DNA of 63,907 bases from Selaginella moellendorffii (taxonomy: Eukaryota > Plantae > Lycopodiophyta): positions 811,546 to 875,452 of the forward strand of contig NW_003314294.1 in NCBI RefSeq assembly GCF_000143415.4, read 5' to 3'. The translations under genes were made by a program, and so were the position numbers. Under the pieces are notes generated by a model. That model did not search any database. It saw only the letters and a list, made by a program, of their open reading frames with translations, and had not been told where the DNA came from. Below are positions 11,953-25,236 of this stretch, in pieces. Position 1 is the first letter of the stretch. Each line of letters begins with the position of its first letter.

Positions 11953-14900
11953 CAGTGTTTTATTTCGACTGCCAAAAAGCCATTTGAAATGGCTTTTTGG
12001 TAGAGAAAATGTTAAGCTTTAATACAAATTAGTGTCATTTGAAAAATTTGTCATCGACAGTGGCTAGGCCGACAATTTCCTTAAGCAGCCTAAAATTAAA
12101 AAACGGCACATGCGTGCCAATTTGATTACGAATCAACAATGTCAATGTCAAGCAATTCATAAGAAATTTCAAGTGACACCAGTTGTTGCTCTGAACTGTT
12201 GGTACCGGGCTAGTCCAAATCAGTTAACAAACAGATTTTTCTTTTTCCAACTGCAGTGGCACTCAAATCTCCCTCATTTAGATATTTGCGCTTGAAAGGA
12301 GGAGGCACAGGAGATGTAGGTAAGTGTAAGTTCTTAAATTTGGACTTCCCGAGAGGTCACCCAGCCCAGTACTTATTCAAACCTAAGGACATTTAACCTC
12401 AAGTATCCTAAGACCCTTAACTAATTGGAAAAAGGGGTGCACTCTTGTTCATAGGCCCTTTCACTCTATATTTGAACCCCAATGGATTGTCTTTCGAGTC
12501 GTTCTCTTTGGTTGCTTACAATTCACCATGCTTCCCTGCAAGTTCATGCCCTCGTGAATGGAAGCTAAGAGCCACAGCTCCCCTGAGAGCCCCGCTCTCT
12601 TGACACCCTACCCCTCAGGTTGAGCCCAGCGGGAGCAAACTGGACCAACCAAATGTCAATTAACATGTGGTGTGATTCCCCTAGCCAACAAACAAAGTCG
12701 GACCTGAAACCACTCTGATACTAAATGTAAGCTCCTGAATTTGAACTTCCCGGGAGGTCACCTAACCCAATACTATTCAAACCCAAGGATAAAGATCCTT
12801 AATTATCCCAAGAGCCTTAATCGATTGGAAAATGGGGTGCACTCTTGTTCATAGGCCCTTTCACTCTATATTTGAACCCCAACAAATCGTCTCTCGAGTC
12901 ATTCCCTTTAGTTGCTTATAATAAAGTCTTCACACCAATTACCTAGTCCATATCGTCCCCAGGGCCACTAATCTCACTGTCATGCATAGTATTGCATACT
13001 ATCAACCTGAATAGAAGTAAATGAAGAAGCTTACCTCCCATTAGCTAACCTAAAATCAAAATCCTAGTCAAAGTCATCATCTTCATCTTCAGACATGGAA
13101 TCATTAGTGTCAACTTTCACATAGGACCCGAAACCTATGGTTGTGTGGCATGTGCCATTGCCTTCTACAATTGGAGAGTCGTTCTCTTTTGGTATATCAA
13201 ATTCTCCTCTAATCCACTTTGTAGAGCTACAAGAAGTTTCAAATTCCTTCCTATCCCAAATTTGATGGTTTTGGTAAATATGAACGGGCTTCTCAGCCCG
13301 CTCTGGATGCAGTCTACACATAGGCAAGTGACACCAATGTCAAAAAAGTTCTTCATGTTTATAAATGAACAAAGGGCTTAAACTTGTTCTACTTTAGTGT
13401 CAAGACGTTGTTGTATATACTAAAATTCCGCTCAGCTGCAGAATTCAAAGTTGTCAAACCAAGAATATAGCGCACAAACCTCCAAAGAATTGCCCCCAAG
13501 TCACAGCTAAAGCTGAACACAGAGGCCCAAACATGCCAAGATGAATCTCCATCCTTGCCTTTCTCAAGAAATTCTTGTGCATCACGGCTGTCTGCAATGG
13601 AAAAGGGGCCAGTTCCATTGACGTACGCAAAGTACTCTTGATTTAACTTGTGGGCATCTTCAACATTTGGATAGAAATGATGTCAAACACGATTGAATGT
13701 TACTATCGCTTCCTGTTTATTTCTATCCTCCCTCTAATGCAGATTTATACACCAAGCTGCCCCAAACAAGTCACAAGATCTCATGTATTGATCCTCCTGT
13801 TTCTGCAGAAAGTCTTCAAGCTGTTGTTTGTCCTCTACATTGAAACCTGTAACTGTTGCTATCTTGAACTTAAAAAAATGCCATGCTTGCCACACAAAGC
13901 CAATGGTTGAAACTGAGCGATCAAAGAACTTGATTGCCATCACCACCAGCTCTATCAACTGCATCACCTTCTCAACACCCGCCCAGAAATTAAAATCCTC
14001 CACTACTGTCATGGCTTGGTTAGCAGTCTTTGTTGTTGTTTCAGGTTGGCTTCGTAGCCAATCTTTAAATCCAGTATTCCTAAACAACCTCTGCAATGCT
14101 CCACACTCTTCCCATAATCATCTGAGCATGTAATAATAGGTTCCAAACCTGTGAAAGAAACAAAAAAAGTGTTAAAGTCAGTAACAGACAGTTACACAAC
14201 TCTAATACTTACCGAGTAATGACAAGTCTGACAAGTTGCCACTTAGGATGCTAAACTTGATAAAAAGCATACACACTAGTGGAGTTCTTCACAAATTGAA
14301 CTATACACTTCCCTATGTCTAGATATTGTTTGATGTTGTCCAAACCTGCCCCAAGACATTAGTACAAGGTTCAGAGCATGACACTAGCATAGAACACTCC
14401 ACATATCTTCAAACTCAATTTCAAATTTGCGTCCAACAAGCCGCATGTTGGCCGCATTGTCTGTTACTATTGCTGATAATCCACACTTCCTCTCTATATG
14501 CCGCATTTGATCATGTAATATGTTTCCATTGCCAGGGATGTTGTTTTTGGCTACATTTGCATCATCAGCAAGTACCCGAGTGTTTATAGCCAAAACCACA
14601 ATCTTCAATTTGCTATATAAGATATCAGCTGCATTGCAAAGCAAACAAGTTAATTGGACATTACATGAAAAAGCAACACATACCTAAAGATTCATAGCAC
14701 TCAAATGAGCCACAAAAAAACTCTTCATGGTGTGCTGCATCAATGATCATAATATTTTGAATATGCAACCCACTAACTGTCTTCCAATTGTCCGTTACCA
14801 AGCAAGGTAGTCATGGGCTGTACGCACTTGTAGCTTTCTCAAGTTGTTGATCAATGTGCTCAACCGTTTCATGGTATATCTCATCCAAGAAGTCTTCACG

Positions 14901-16422
14901 CAACGCCTTCAGCAAAGGCAAAGGAAACATGGAACCGCATTGGGCATGTCTACCAACTACTAGGTTGAATGCTCTAGCCTTGATATAAACTCCCAATGCA
15001 TACTCCTTCTACCATGCCCTAAGTTCTTCAGGGGTTAACACCCTTCCTATGATTCCTTTGAGAGCTATTGTTTCCTACAAGATATGATTTGTTGAACTTG
15101 TCTGAGGCCATGTAGTAGACACTATTATATCAATCTGATTCCTAGTTGCACATAAACCACCCACAGAGATGCAGCCAATTGTAGCTAACTCAGTCTCTCG
15201 AACCTGCTGCCACAACTGCTCTGCATCAACCCAGTCTTCACCCTCCAAACATTCTATCCATTCCCATGCTTTGTTGTCGTTATCGCTCGGAAAGGCAAAC
15301 ATGTTCAATTTTGGCCTGCATTCAATACTCCCACTAACTTGAGGAGTTGATGTCGATCCTCCAACACTGTAGGCATCTTCATCCAATTGCTGTGACCCTA
15401 AAGCTCTTTGATTGCTAAATCGTGTCATTCTACCACTGCCATGTTGTTCGAACTCCACAAGCTTGATGTTGTACGTCTCAATATTGTTCCTTCTTATAGA
15501 CACAAACTCCTCACTAAACTCTTGTATTGGCCTACAATGCAAACTTATGTCAACCTATGTCCTCCTTCTCCTTGTAGAAGCTACAAAGATGCCTCCTGAT
15601 CCCCATAGGTCCAATTCCCTTCACGGGACCTTTGCATAAGACACACCTAGCCACTGCCTCCCAACTAGCTTTGTCAGTGTTGAAACATCAAGGATCTACC
15701 TCAGTGTTTTCTAAGTTCCTCTCCCTGAGTGCTAAAGAGTCATAGAAGATGTATTTCCAGACCATATCCAGAGGCCTACCAGATCTGCGTCTAGGACTCG
15801 GAGGATGATGAGGGTTGGTCTCCTGCCCCTAGATCCCTCTTTGGTCTCCCTGCAGCCTCACACTATTCTCACAGCAGCACTATCCTCAACACCTAGTCAA
15901 GGGTTTACCCCGTTGAACACGGCAACTTGATCTCCTGCAGCTGAAGTTGGCCCCTCTCCGATCACGGCATCTCCTAAGGCTACACCCAAACCAGGCCCCT
16001 CTCCGATCACGGCTTCTCCCGAGTCTGCTCTTGCATATGGATTGATGGAGGCTCCTACCTTGTTTGCCCTCCCACGGCCGCAGCCGCGGCCACACTGTGC
16101 TGCTATAGTATATCACCCTTGCCACCCTGACATCGAAACAAAAAAGAGAGAGTGAGAGGATGGGAGAGAAATGGTGTTATTAGCCTTAAGGCTAAACCTT
16201 TTGTGTTGCTTCTCACCCAAGCTGAAGGAATTCAAAAAGCCCATAAGTTGCTTGAATGGAAACCTTTGATCCATGTACATCAATAATAGCCCTAACAACC
16301 TGAATATGCATCAAATTGCCGTCAAATCTTTTCTCTAGTGGGGTTAAAGATTCAAGGGTTATGCTTAATTAAACAGTCATAATTATTCAAAATGCCAAAA
16401 AATAGCTTTGAATAAAACCTTG
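11953..16422 (-). mobile_element. hAT copy C (full length, decayed, with nested TRIM)
   Basis: TIRs CAGTGTTTTATT ... AATAAAACCTTG; 8-bp TSD AAAAAAAC at 11945-11952 and 16423-16430; same transposase fragments as copy A. Confidence 0.92.
12325..12920 (-). mobile_element. Cassandra-like TRIM (non-autonomous LTR retrotransposon with a 5S-rRNA-derived domain in its LTRs)
   Basis: Two ~195-bp LTRs (12325-12520 TG..CA; 12726-12920 TG..TA) around a 205-bp non-coding interior. tRNA-Met-type PBS TTTAGTATCAGAGTG on the minus strand. The LTR contains GGTTAAATGTCCTTAGG...AGTACTGGGCTGGGTGACCTCTCGGGAAGTCC (5S A/C-box region). Degenerate 5-bp TSD GTAAG/ATAAA; the insert is absent from hAT copies A and B. 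Confidence 0.9.
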
Positions 16423-17599
16423 AAAAAAACATTCTTGCTAAAAGAACCAAGCACCAGAAAAGAAAAAGCAGAAACAAGCAGCAACATACCGTCCAAAAAG
16501 TGCTTGCACGCCTTCTAGGACCTCTACACTACACCATAGTGATGCTCGCAAGATCTCTATGCAATAACATGTGAGTGCAAACAAATGACAAGAAAATTAA
16601 CAGCAGCATCACTATTCAATTACCAGCAATATACTTTGTGCTGTGCAAAGCAAAAGAGCAAGCTAGCTCAGCTCAGAATCGCACAGATTGAGACGTTTTG
16701 ATTTCACGTGACTTCTCCTGGGAAGAGAATTTTAACGTATAGAGCGCCGACCAGATCGATATAGACAAACAAATACAGTACCTGTCACTGTAGCTACAAG
16801 TGTGGGTTAGATGAGAAGCACAAGGACCAATGAGCTCATCCTCATGTTGTCTGAATATAAAAGTAATGTACCTATAAGATGGAAGTGACAATCCATAATC
16901 CGTGTTCATCAGGATTTAAATCTCCGACAATTTCAGGCCTCGCCCCTTAAAGTCCTTCCGGAAGAATCGACCGCAAAATGAGGACCAAATGTGCGTCGAA
17001 ATGGAATATGAGGATGCCCGTGTGGCCTGACAGAAACACAGCTTAAGGCAGCAGCATGATCAAGGAGTACATACTTGATGTCAGAACTGTCGTCTCTCTC
17101 GGCTGGGAAGAATCCAGTCCACGTTTCCAGCATTTCCATTAAGGCTGCTGTGTCAGACACCACGACGTGCACGGTGCATCTGTCTGTTTCAACGGAAAAC
17201 AATAACGAACTGTTAGAAACAGGAAACTTATCTGTATTTAAGTCGATGCTGTTCCTTAGAGCTGCGTCTCACAGTGTCACAAATACGAGACAAGTAAAAG
17301 GTTAGCACCAATCCATGATAAAACGAGTTCATGATAAAAAACGAGATGCATACCCAGAGTACAGCTCTTGAAACAAGTGGATAACACCACGAGCCTGTTG
17401 TGGCCAAGTGGAAGATGAATCGATCACACTTGAAGGATGTTGGCGAGAAAGCTCTAGCCATTTTCTGAAACAAAACCTTGTTAAGAAAAACTCTTAACTC
17501 TCGGGATCCAAAAGTAGATTTCGACTTCTTTTTTTTTTTTATGACTGCACGTTTTGTAGCTTTAGAATGTAGTCCCACAGTCCTCTGTAACAATAACAT

Positions 17600-17843
17600 T
17601 TGTAGCCATGCATGTTGTCCATGGAAAAGTTTTACCTTCTTTTTCCTTGGCTACCAAGCTCTTGAGCCACCGAACAATACGAAGACATGTTTGAGCAGTC
17701 TCATCGTTCCTTACAAACTCGGATGCCACTTGAGCTGATGTGGTTGCCTTCTGCCATGAAAACCTTTTTGTAAGTGAAACCACAAAGGATGAAGACATGC
17801 ATATAAAATACCTGATTGTTTTCCATACTATCCTCAGAGACAA
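17600..17843 (-). pseudogene. Nucleoporin Nup107-like fragment
   Basis: KATTSAQVASEFVRNDETAQTCLRIVRWLKSLVAK resembles, from memory, the plant Nup107 segment (...CQFV..DHTAQLCLRIVxWLExLASK); no full-length gene seen. Confidence 0.45.
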
Positions 17844-18199
17844 TGCGGGTGAAAAGAGAAAACTTCAGGCTTCCATTCTGCCCTAAATAAAACCCTCAAC
17901 CCTAGTACTAATAAATGTTGAGAGTGGGATTTGAACCTAGACCAATCTGCCAATTTATTTGTAAATTTTAAATTGACTAAATTGTTTAGTTTGCCTGAAA
18001 TTTCCAGCAAACACCAAGGAAACAATACGACCCTTCCCACCTTGTGCCAAGCAAATCACCTTAGAAAAAGAAACAAGTATTTAAAACTGTTAGATATGCT
18101 AGATCAACTCAAACACTTGTCCAATCCATCAAAGAAAATAAACTAGAATGGATACACTTGTGGACAAGTTGAGTATCATATATATTTCAAAATAAATAT

Positions 18200-21100
18200 T
18201 TTACCTCACTAAAGCATTGCGAGAGCTGCCGAGGAGCACAAAAAGTCATAGTCCCAAGCAGTTGAACACTTCCATGTTTAGTACGCCATGCTCGGTCTTC
18301 TAGCCCCTAAATTAATAATAATACACCGTTGAGCTAAAAGAACGTAACTTCAGTTGTGTGATACTTTCACCTTGAATAGAGCCGGTAAGACAAGTTTAAC
18401 ACCTTGGCCGGTAAGTTGCGACATAATTGTCCGATCAGCCGCCTCGTATACTGCTGAAACGGAAACGGAGAAACACACAAGCATCTCTGGCAGGATTCGT
18501 ATTACGCACCTGCAACAAAAAATGTTTAACAAAAGCAATTTCTAGTAGAATAAATTCTTACGGCTCCCCAAGTTTCTCGGATTACACGGAACTTCTTCAA
18601 GCAAGACAATCCCTTCCCCTTCACTACCCCGGCCAATCCAAAGGCTGCTCCACAGCGCTCTCCATATTTCTCCGATTGCACAAGTTGTTCAAGCAAACTT
18701 TTTGCAAGTTTCTCAGAATCCACCTGATAACCAAGTTACTAGATTATCCAAATTCAAATGAAATACCTGGTGGACTAGCAATAAAAGAAGCTAGGAAGTT
18801 TGAGACAGCACGTTGAACTGATTCTGAAGGAGTTTTCAGCGCTTCGAGCCATCTTTCCAGAATGACAACTACTTTCGGATCATCCTAGTTAGTTGGTAGC
18901 TACCGAAAACAAATTCACCTGAGAGAGAAAGTCAGAGTAAATACAAACAAAACATTCAGCAGATTTGAAGCACGTACCTTTCTACTTCAATAGTTTTCAA
19001 TATAAGAAGGAGAACCGTTTTCCATGTTTATCGAGAACTGCTACGCCGGCTTCCACCATTTTAGACCGGACGTCAGAGTTTGAATAAGCCTGTAGGAAAT
19101 AAACGGATACATTTAACTTGTTTATTCAGCAGAGCGACGTACCAAGGCTCGAGAAAAAGAAAAGTTGATAAAACTGGTAAGCCTTTGGCAGTAAGTATGT
19201 CTGCAGCTGCTTCGAGGGCTAACGATACACTTGTCTTCCAGACCAACCAGGATCAACATGATTGCCTCCACTCGAATAGAGGGTAAACAAAGCCGATAGT
19301 GTTTCCTGAGAGCAACGTAAGCACGAGAATAAATAAATACAGAAAACCTTACTTGAATGCTGCTTGGATACTCGTCCATGGCAAGACACGAAGTAGGCCG
19401 TCAGGAACAGGACTTGCTCAACAATCTGTCAAGAATACAGTTTGGATTAGAAACAAACTCAGAGAACTCATACCGATACCGGAAAAACTACAGTCCAAGC
19501 TTACAATCCCCGTGGTGATCACCGTGTGAATAACGCCTTTCTCGTTATCCAAATAAACTTGTAGAGAAAACAACGACACCAAGATTTTCGTTAGGTGTCT
19601 GGGAACTGCAGTCACCAATCCCGTTAATATGACCATCGTCCGGAACGCTTCATCACTCACAATTGGCGACTTCAGAAGTGGGAGGACAAGCGGGATCTGG
19701 TCATTCCTCAAATATGAGTGAAAACTACACAGTAATGAACATAACTTACCAAAGCAGGATCCGCAATAGCTGCAATTGCTCTTAAAACCACAGTGAACCG
19801 CGTCTTTAAGTGGCATGGACAATAGCCTCTTCTTTCAAAACCAAATCTCTTGCTTCTTCTTTCATTGGTTTTGATTCACCTGAAAAACAAGAAATTATAA
19901 AATGAGCAAATATTGAGAAAACATTAAAAGCAGCAGTCTTTCTAGAAGCTTTACTCGCGTCTCTAGGCGCAGACGCCGTGAAACAGACTTCGACATTGTG
20001 TCCTACAGCAAGTTTCATTAGCCACCAGAATGACAAAACAATCTGCTAACCCCTTCACTTCCGGAGTCACTGCCATTTTAAATCGTCATTTTGCCTGCTA
20101 CACACCACCAGAAGGAGTGTTGAATATCTGCCAAGAAAGGCTCAGTCTTAAGCTACTTCGTGCGTATAATCCACCTTGTCATTGAGACCATTGTGAGAGC
20201 TCCAATCAGCTAGATCACTTAATACGCCCTGCAAGGAAATAAGTATGTAATTCATATGAAAAGAAGACAGCACCTACATGAATCAAATGATTGAGCATTT
20301 CATCAGGAATAAAATGCGTGACTAAACCAGAAGCAAAGATCGCTGCTTTTGAGATAGCCGGCTGTTCACTGGTCAATCCGTTCGCACCGGCTAGAACCTG
20401 AGCAAGTGTATGTGTGGCTAATCAGTAGAAGTCAAATAATAACCTTCCAGACAGCGCCGGGATCAGATCTTAGGACGGCACGAATAAAATACTTAAGCGT
20501 CTTGCAAAGTCCTGGCAAAGGAGTCATATGCCACAGAAAGAAAGGTTTCTTACCTTCCAATACGAAGTACTTTTTTTACCACACAAGATCCAGTCATGGT
20601 GAAAAACTATTAGAAAATGCGTAGAATACAAGGGATCCGGCACTAGTGATGCACATCCTGCTTTAGAAAGCATCTGATGGTGGAACCTCTGAAGGCGAAC
20701 TGTTACTCTCGCTTCCACTGCACATCTGTATTAGAAAATGGAAGCTTGAAGAGTATAGCAGTAAATTTTACCTCATTTGCGAATTGAAGATCATGTAAAG
20801 TGGGAAGCCAATTCAGAAAGGACTTGAAAAGCTCCTCCGCATACGCTACTGCAGCTCTCCTTACATGCCATGACTGGTTCCAAAAGAAAGCTTAAAAGGC
20901 TCTGCAGCAAGAAAATCATTCGTCATTGTTAGCAAATGATTTATTCCATCACTTTGGAAAGTTCTGTTAGCCCCTCGTTGGCTCCTCTGCAGCCAAGGAA
21001 ATTTTTATGCAAACGTTTAGATTTGGCTGGTAATTCGATAGATCTTCAAGCAGTTCTATCGACGCACCAGTCTTCCATTTGCATTTCAGGTTCTGTTCAT

Positions 21101-22700
21101 CCGTTGTTAGATCAGACCAAACTGAAGGAATGAAAAACATATACAACTGTCGGGGAAAACGTAGACTCCGAAATCGTTACTGACGAAATAATCATTTCCT
21201 TGATCATCTTGCATCTATAACAGTACAAAGAAAAATGAATATAAACGCAAAATGTTGTTTGAATTCTCACCAGCTCTGCTATCGATGGATGCAATCTTGA
21301 GTAGCAAAAGAAGAGCATAAATCCTTTGTTATACCACTTTTCGATAGTTGGACCAATTGATCAACTAGCGGGATCGCCTGCAAAAAGAAACAAAAATCGT
21401 TTCAGAACAGAACGCACGACTTATAAAGCACTAAACCCACAGGAAGTGAAAGTTCTTCATCGAAAAATGCCTGGCGAAGACATCGTAAGTGTGCTCACCT
21501 CATATTCAAGCCCAGCCAAAAAGAAACTTGAGCACTCAGCTGGCAAGTTACGCTCGGCTTTTCTAAGTGACGAACCCAGAGATAATAGAATTGCCACTCG
21601 GACTTCCTCGTTTCCTGTCTGTCGCATACTGTGTAAGAAGCAAAAATATCGAAGCCAGCACCAAAACTCACCGTCGTCTTTGTACAGTGAATAAGCAATG
21701 AGCTGATAACACCTGCAACAAGCGTCACAAATGGCGCGTAAAGCATGGATCAATCCCAGTGGTAGACGAACGTCAGTTTACCCTCAGATCCTGGCACAAG
21801 ACCACGTTAAGTTGCGAGCTAGAAATGCTTTTAAACATCTAACCTCCTGTTAAAAGGGACTCTGTGCCGTTGCTGAGAATTTGCAGCGCTTCCCCTTCGT
21901 CGCTATGTCGAGATTGAAGCAAAACAACGGGTAGGACCTCGCCCGTATATCTGGTCAGGTCCGCTTCAAAAGAACTCCAAAAAGAGGTCGGGGCTTCTCT
22001 TGAGCATCCTTACAGCAGCCGGGACCGAGTTTGGAAAGAGGCTCAAACGCTTCGCTGATCGCCTGGGAAGGCTTCTCTCGCGATCCAACTTTTCACGTAA
22101 AGGTCGACAAAAAACGCCTGAAACGAGAACGCATTTCGTTACCAAGAGCTCCACTATAAACTTCCCACCTTCTTGGCCGAAAGTCGAGCTGGATCCCTTG
22201 TAGTTGTAGCGAGGATTTTCAGAGGCACCGAAATTCCGACGACAACGTCTCAAGCTCGGAGACGTAGTTTTCGTACAAGCCATTCACCCTGCATTGAGTC
22301 TTTTAAATCCCAGATGGAAAGAAAAGAAAATCCGCTACCTGGATCAGCGAGCGAAGTAGCAAGGCCAAGAGGAGGGAGGAGTGGACCGCAGCGATCCTGG
22401 AGAAGAAGGTGGGGCATGCGCAACCAGCAAGTTTTCCCGATGAGGCACCACCACTTCCCTTGTGGACACTACCGCCGGGACGAAACTCACAAGAAAGCGC
22501 AGGAGCTTGAGCTGCGTGGAGGCGGGACACACACTCGCGTTCCTCTCGGAGGCAAGAATGAGCCGACCTGGATGTGTGGAGTGACGCGCACGACGGCTTG
22601 GACAAGAGAGATGTAGCGTCGCGAGACAATCCACCGCGCGCTCGTCTGAAAGGGGCGTTAGCATTGTCGAAATCGCAAGAAATGCTCCCGCGGAAGATGG
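18200..22700 (-). pseudogene. GCN1: GCN1/ILITYHIA HEAT-repeat translational regulator, N-terminal half only, many exons, decayed
   Basis: VPAAVRMLKRSPD, YKDD-GNEEVRVAILLSL, LKTPSESVQRAVS, YGERCGAAFGLAGVVKGKGLSCLKK, MSQLTGQGVKLVLPALFK; short GT-AG introns; indels and frameshifts; C-terminal half absent. Boundaries approximate. Confidence 0.85.
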
Positions 22701-23360
22701 TCTGACTAAACCCTAAATCTCAGAAAACCAATAAAACAAAAAATAAATAAATAAATAAAAAATACAGTTTTAAAGCCTAGACCCTGATAGCGATTGCCTT
22801 GAGCTTGCAGGAGCTTTTATAACTCCTCGATGCCTTGCAGTGTGTGTTCCAGCTCCGAGAAGGTGCTACCATGATCCAGAAAACGAAAGGAATGTAAGAA
22901 AGAAAAACCTTCGCTGGATGCCCGGATTTGCATCAAGTCCCAAGACGATGCAACGTGCGAGACTGCTGCTTCACGCCTAGAATGGCTTCTTCCACTTCCT
23001 TTGCAAGTGCTTCTTTCTGTTTGATAGATTGCGGTAGCTCCTCCTCATTATCCACAAGAAAAACAGTCACCATTGTTTCAGAGATGAATCAACGAAAATA
23101 AGAAAAGAACCTGCAGCCTTTGCGTCTCGACACCGCTTTCGACACGAGCGAAAACACGTCTGATCTCTCCACTCTCCATATCGCGATCTCGGCTTCCCTG
23201 CAAAGTTTCTTTCAACATCATTGCTGGCAAAGATCCTCCAAAACTTTTTAAAACCAGTAAGGCTTTCTCGAGAGGAGGAGGCAATTTTCATCTTCCGGAT
23301 CTTCATTTGAGGAGGTTTAGGGAGATAAAAAAGCCGACCCGATACCAATAGGGTGACCTT

Positions 23361-24048
23361 TTAAATGCGCTGGTAGCAGCGTGGAAGATCACAGGAAAAC
23401 AGCAACGCCAGCGATCGACCAGAGACCAGTGATAGCTTCCACTCGCTCTCGAAACTCCCGAGCTCCTCGGCGCTCATTCTCCCGGATCGACCCAAGATAT
23501 CGATGCTCTCTCCTCCCACCCCTCGGCCACAAGACCGACATGGCTGCACGAAGTTAGCGCTCCGGAACGTGACCTCGTCCTCGAGGTTCATCATATGGAT
23601 GATCTTAGTGCCCGTTTGAGCACACCATGGTCGTCAATGGAACCAAGCTCCGAGTACTCTTCATGCTCTGAAACACGCGGCGCGGCCGAAATCGCCCAAG
23701 TTCACCTGCCGTCCAGCAGGCGATGGTCTCTCGCGGATTTGATCGAAGGTGTTCTTCGCGACGAAGCCTTTGCAACATCGCCGTCTACGCCATCACGTCC
23801 CGATCAACCTCTTGCGGCGGCCAGATTGTAAGGGAGCTACCTAGAATCCACTCTGGGGTAGCACAGCAGTAGATTCGTCCACGACACGAGATCCTTGGCC
23901 GGCATTCGATCGCGATTTGCCCCTAGTAGGCGTGTGCCGTCATCATCTCACGGCCTGGCGCTCTGAGACGCGATCAAACATCTCCTGGCAGTTGCGGAGC
24001 CCAGATACCGCGACGTAGCCGGCGATCATCGAGTTCCACGACACAAGA
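23361..24048 (-). pseudogene. PLS-class PPR gene remnant, paralog of 26079-27470
   Basis: DEVTF...IDILGRSGR..AEEL motif; 23950-24048 nearly identical to 27105-27200 (GGCCTGGCGCTCTGAGACGCGATCAA...GATACCGCGACGTAGCCGGCGATCATCGAGTTCCA). Confidence 0.75.
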
Positions 24049-24169
24049 ACACGACCATATTAGCATGCTCTGTGATGAACGAGTATTTAGCCAAACTGGC
24101 CAAAATTCAAAACATGGTCATCCGTACGAGATAATGTACCGCTTGAGCATAAAAGTAAAACTTAGCCCA

Positions 24170-24535
24170 TAAGCCCGGCGAGGCTTTCACTTCGATCACC
24201 TGTCTGAAGCACGAGCTGGATGATCCATACCGCTTGAGCCCGAGCAGCGTCTCTCCTTTCACTGCAAGGCACTTCAAGTCACGAGGATCCAGTGCCAGTA
24301 CCTTTTCGATGTCGGCCAGTGCTTCTTCGTATCGCTCGAGCTTGATATATCCTTGCCTCGGCTCGCCTCACGTGAGCCACCACCATCTTCGTCTCGTCTC
24401 CATGAGCTTGGAGACACTCGTGACACTCGAGGCAGCTATTGAAGAGATCCGTCGTAGCCAAGTAGTTCTTCCTCTCGTCGAGTTCCTTGCTCCCCCAGCC
24501 GAAAAAAACATCCGGGTCGCCAACTTCCATTCGAG
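24170..24535 (-). pseudogene. TPR-region fragment duplicated from the TPR-SET gene at 30160-30505
   Basis: MEVGDPDVFFGWGSKELDERKNYLA...GDETKMVVA matches the 29338..31086 ORF; frameshifted. Confidence 0.88.
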
Positions 24536-25236
24536 TTCCTAGCGCTGCTTGCCAAGAACTTGCAAATTCCAGCTAAAGTGGAGTGGCATACCAAGACAGA
24601 GCTTCCTATTCTTCCTGACGAGCCAGTGATTGAGAAGCAAGAATCCCCAGGTGCTCAAAGCGGTGGGTCTTTTCTACTCTCGATTATTAGTTCTCTCTTT
24701 TCACCCGCATTGTCTCTAACTCTTTTTCTAGATTTTGGTCCTGCCATCGATCCCATCACAATGAGCCTCCCCGGCTTGATCCCCTGCGACCATCTGCGGC
24801 GCCGGATCTTGGCCGCTACGCTCTGCTCGAATCCTGGAACTGGAATCTTCCCTTTTCCATGGGAACGTCCGCCAATACCATCCATGTTGCCCGGTGCTCA
24901 TTCACTCTCACTCCCCTGGAGGGGGGAAGAACAAAAGAATAACGCGATGATTCTCTGTCGTTATGTCTTAAGGAGGATATTTAACCGCTGACCAGATCTT
25001 ATTTGAAATTTATCTTCGTGTACAAAACGTTTGGTCAATGCTTCGCTCACCATGACCAAAAATGTGATTTCCAATATGTCGGCGTTCAAATTCCTCCTAC
25101 AAAGAATGTGTACGCGCAACACCCTAGCAGCATCACATTTTGTAGTATATATATCAGTCAAGGCAATGGTTCTTCATTCACATTTCCAACTATCAAAAGA
25201 TATCATCTATATAGTTCTTCTTCCTTTTGATTGACT

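Noticed and set aside
12342-12400. 5S rRNA gene
   Set aside because: Only the internal promoter half of 5S is present, diverged, and inside paired LTRs; it is a retroelement component.
22780-23350. Coiled-coil exon fragments (EEELPQSIKQKEALAKEVEEA)
   Set aside because: Could not build a consistent gene model or assign a family.
24560-24991. 143-aa ORF, or an opposite-strand kelch/F-box-like fragment
   Set aside because: No convincing motif; too short and degraded to call.
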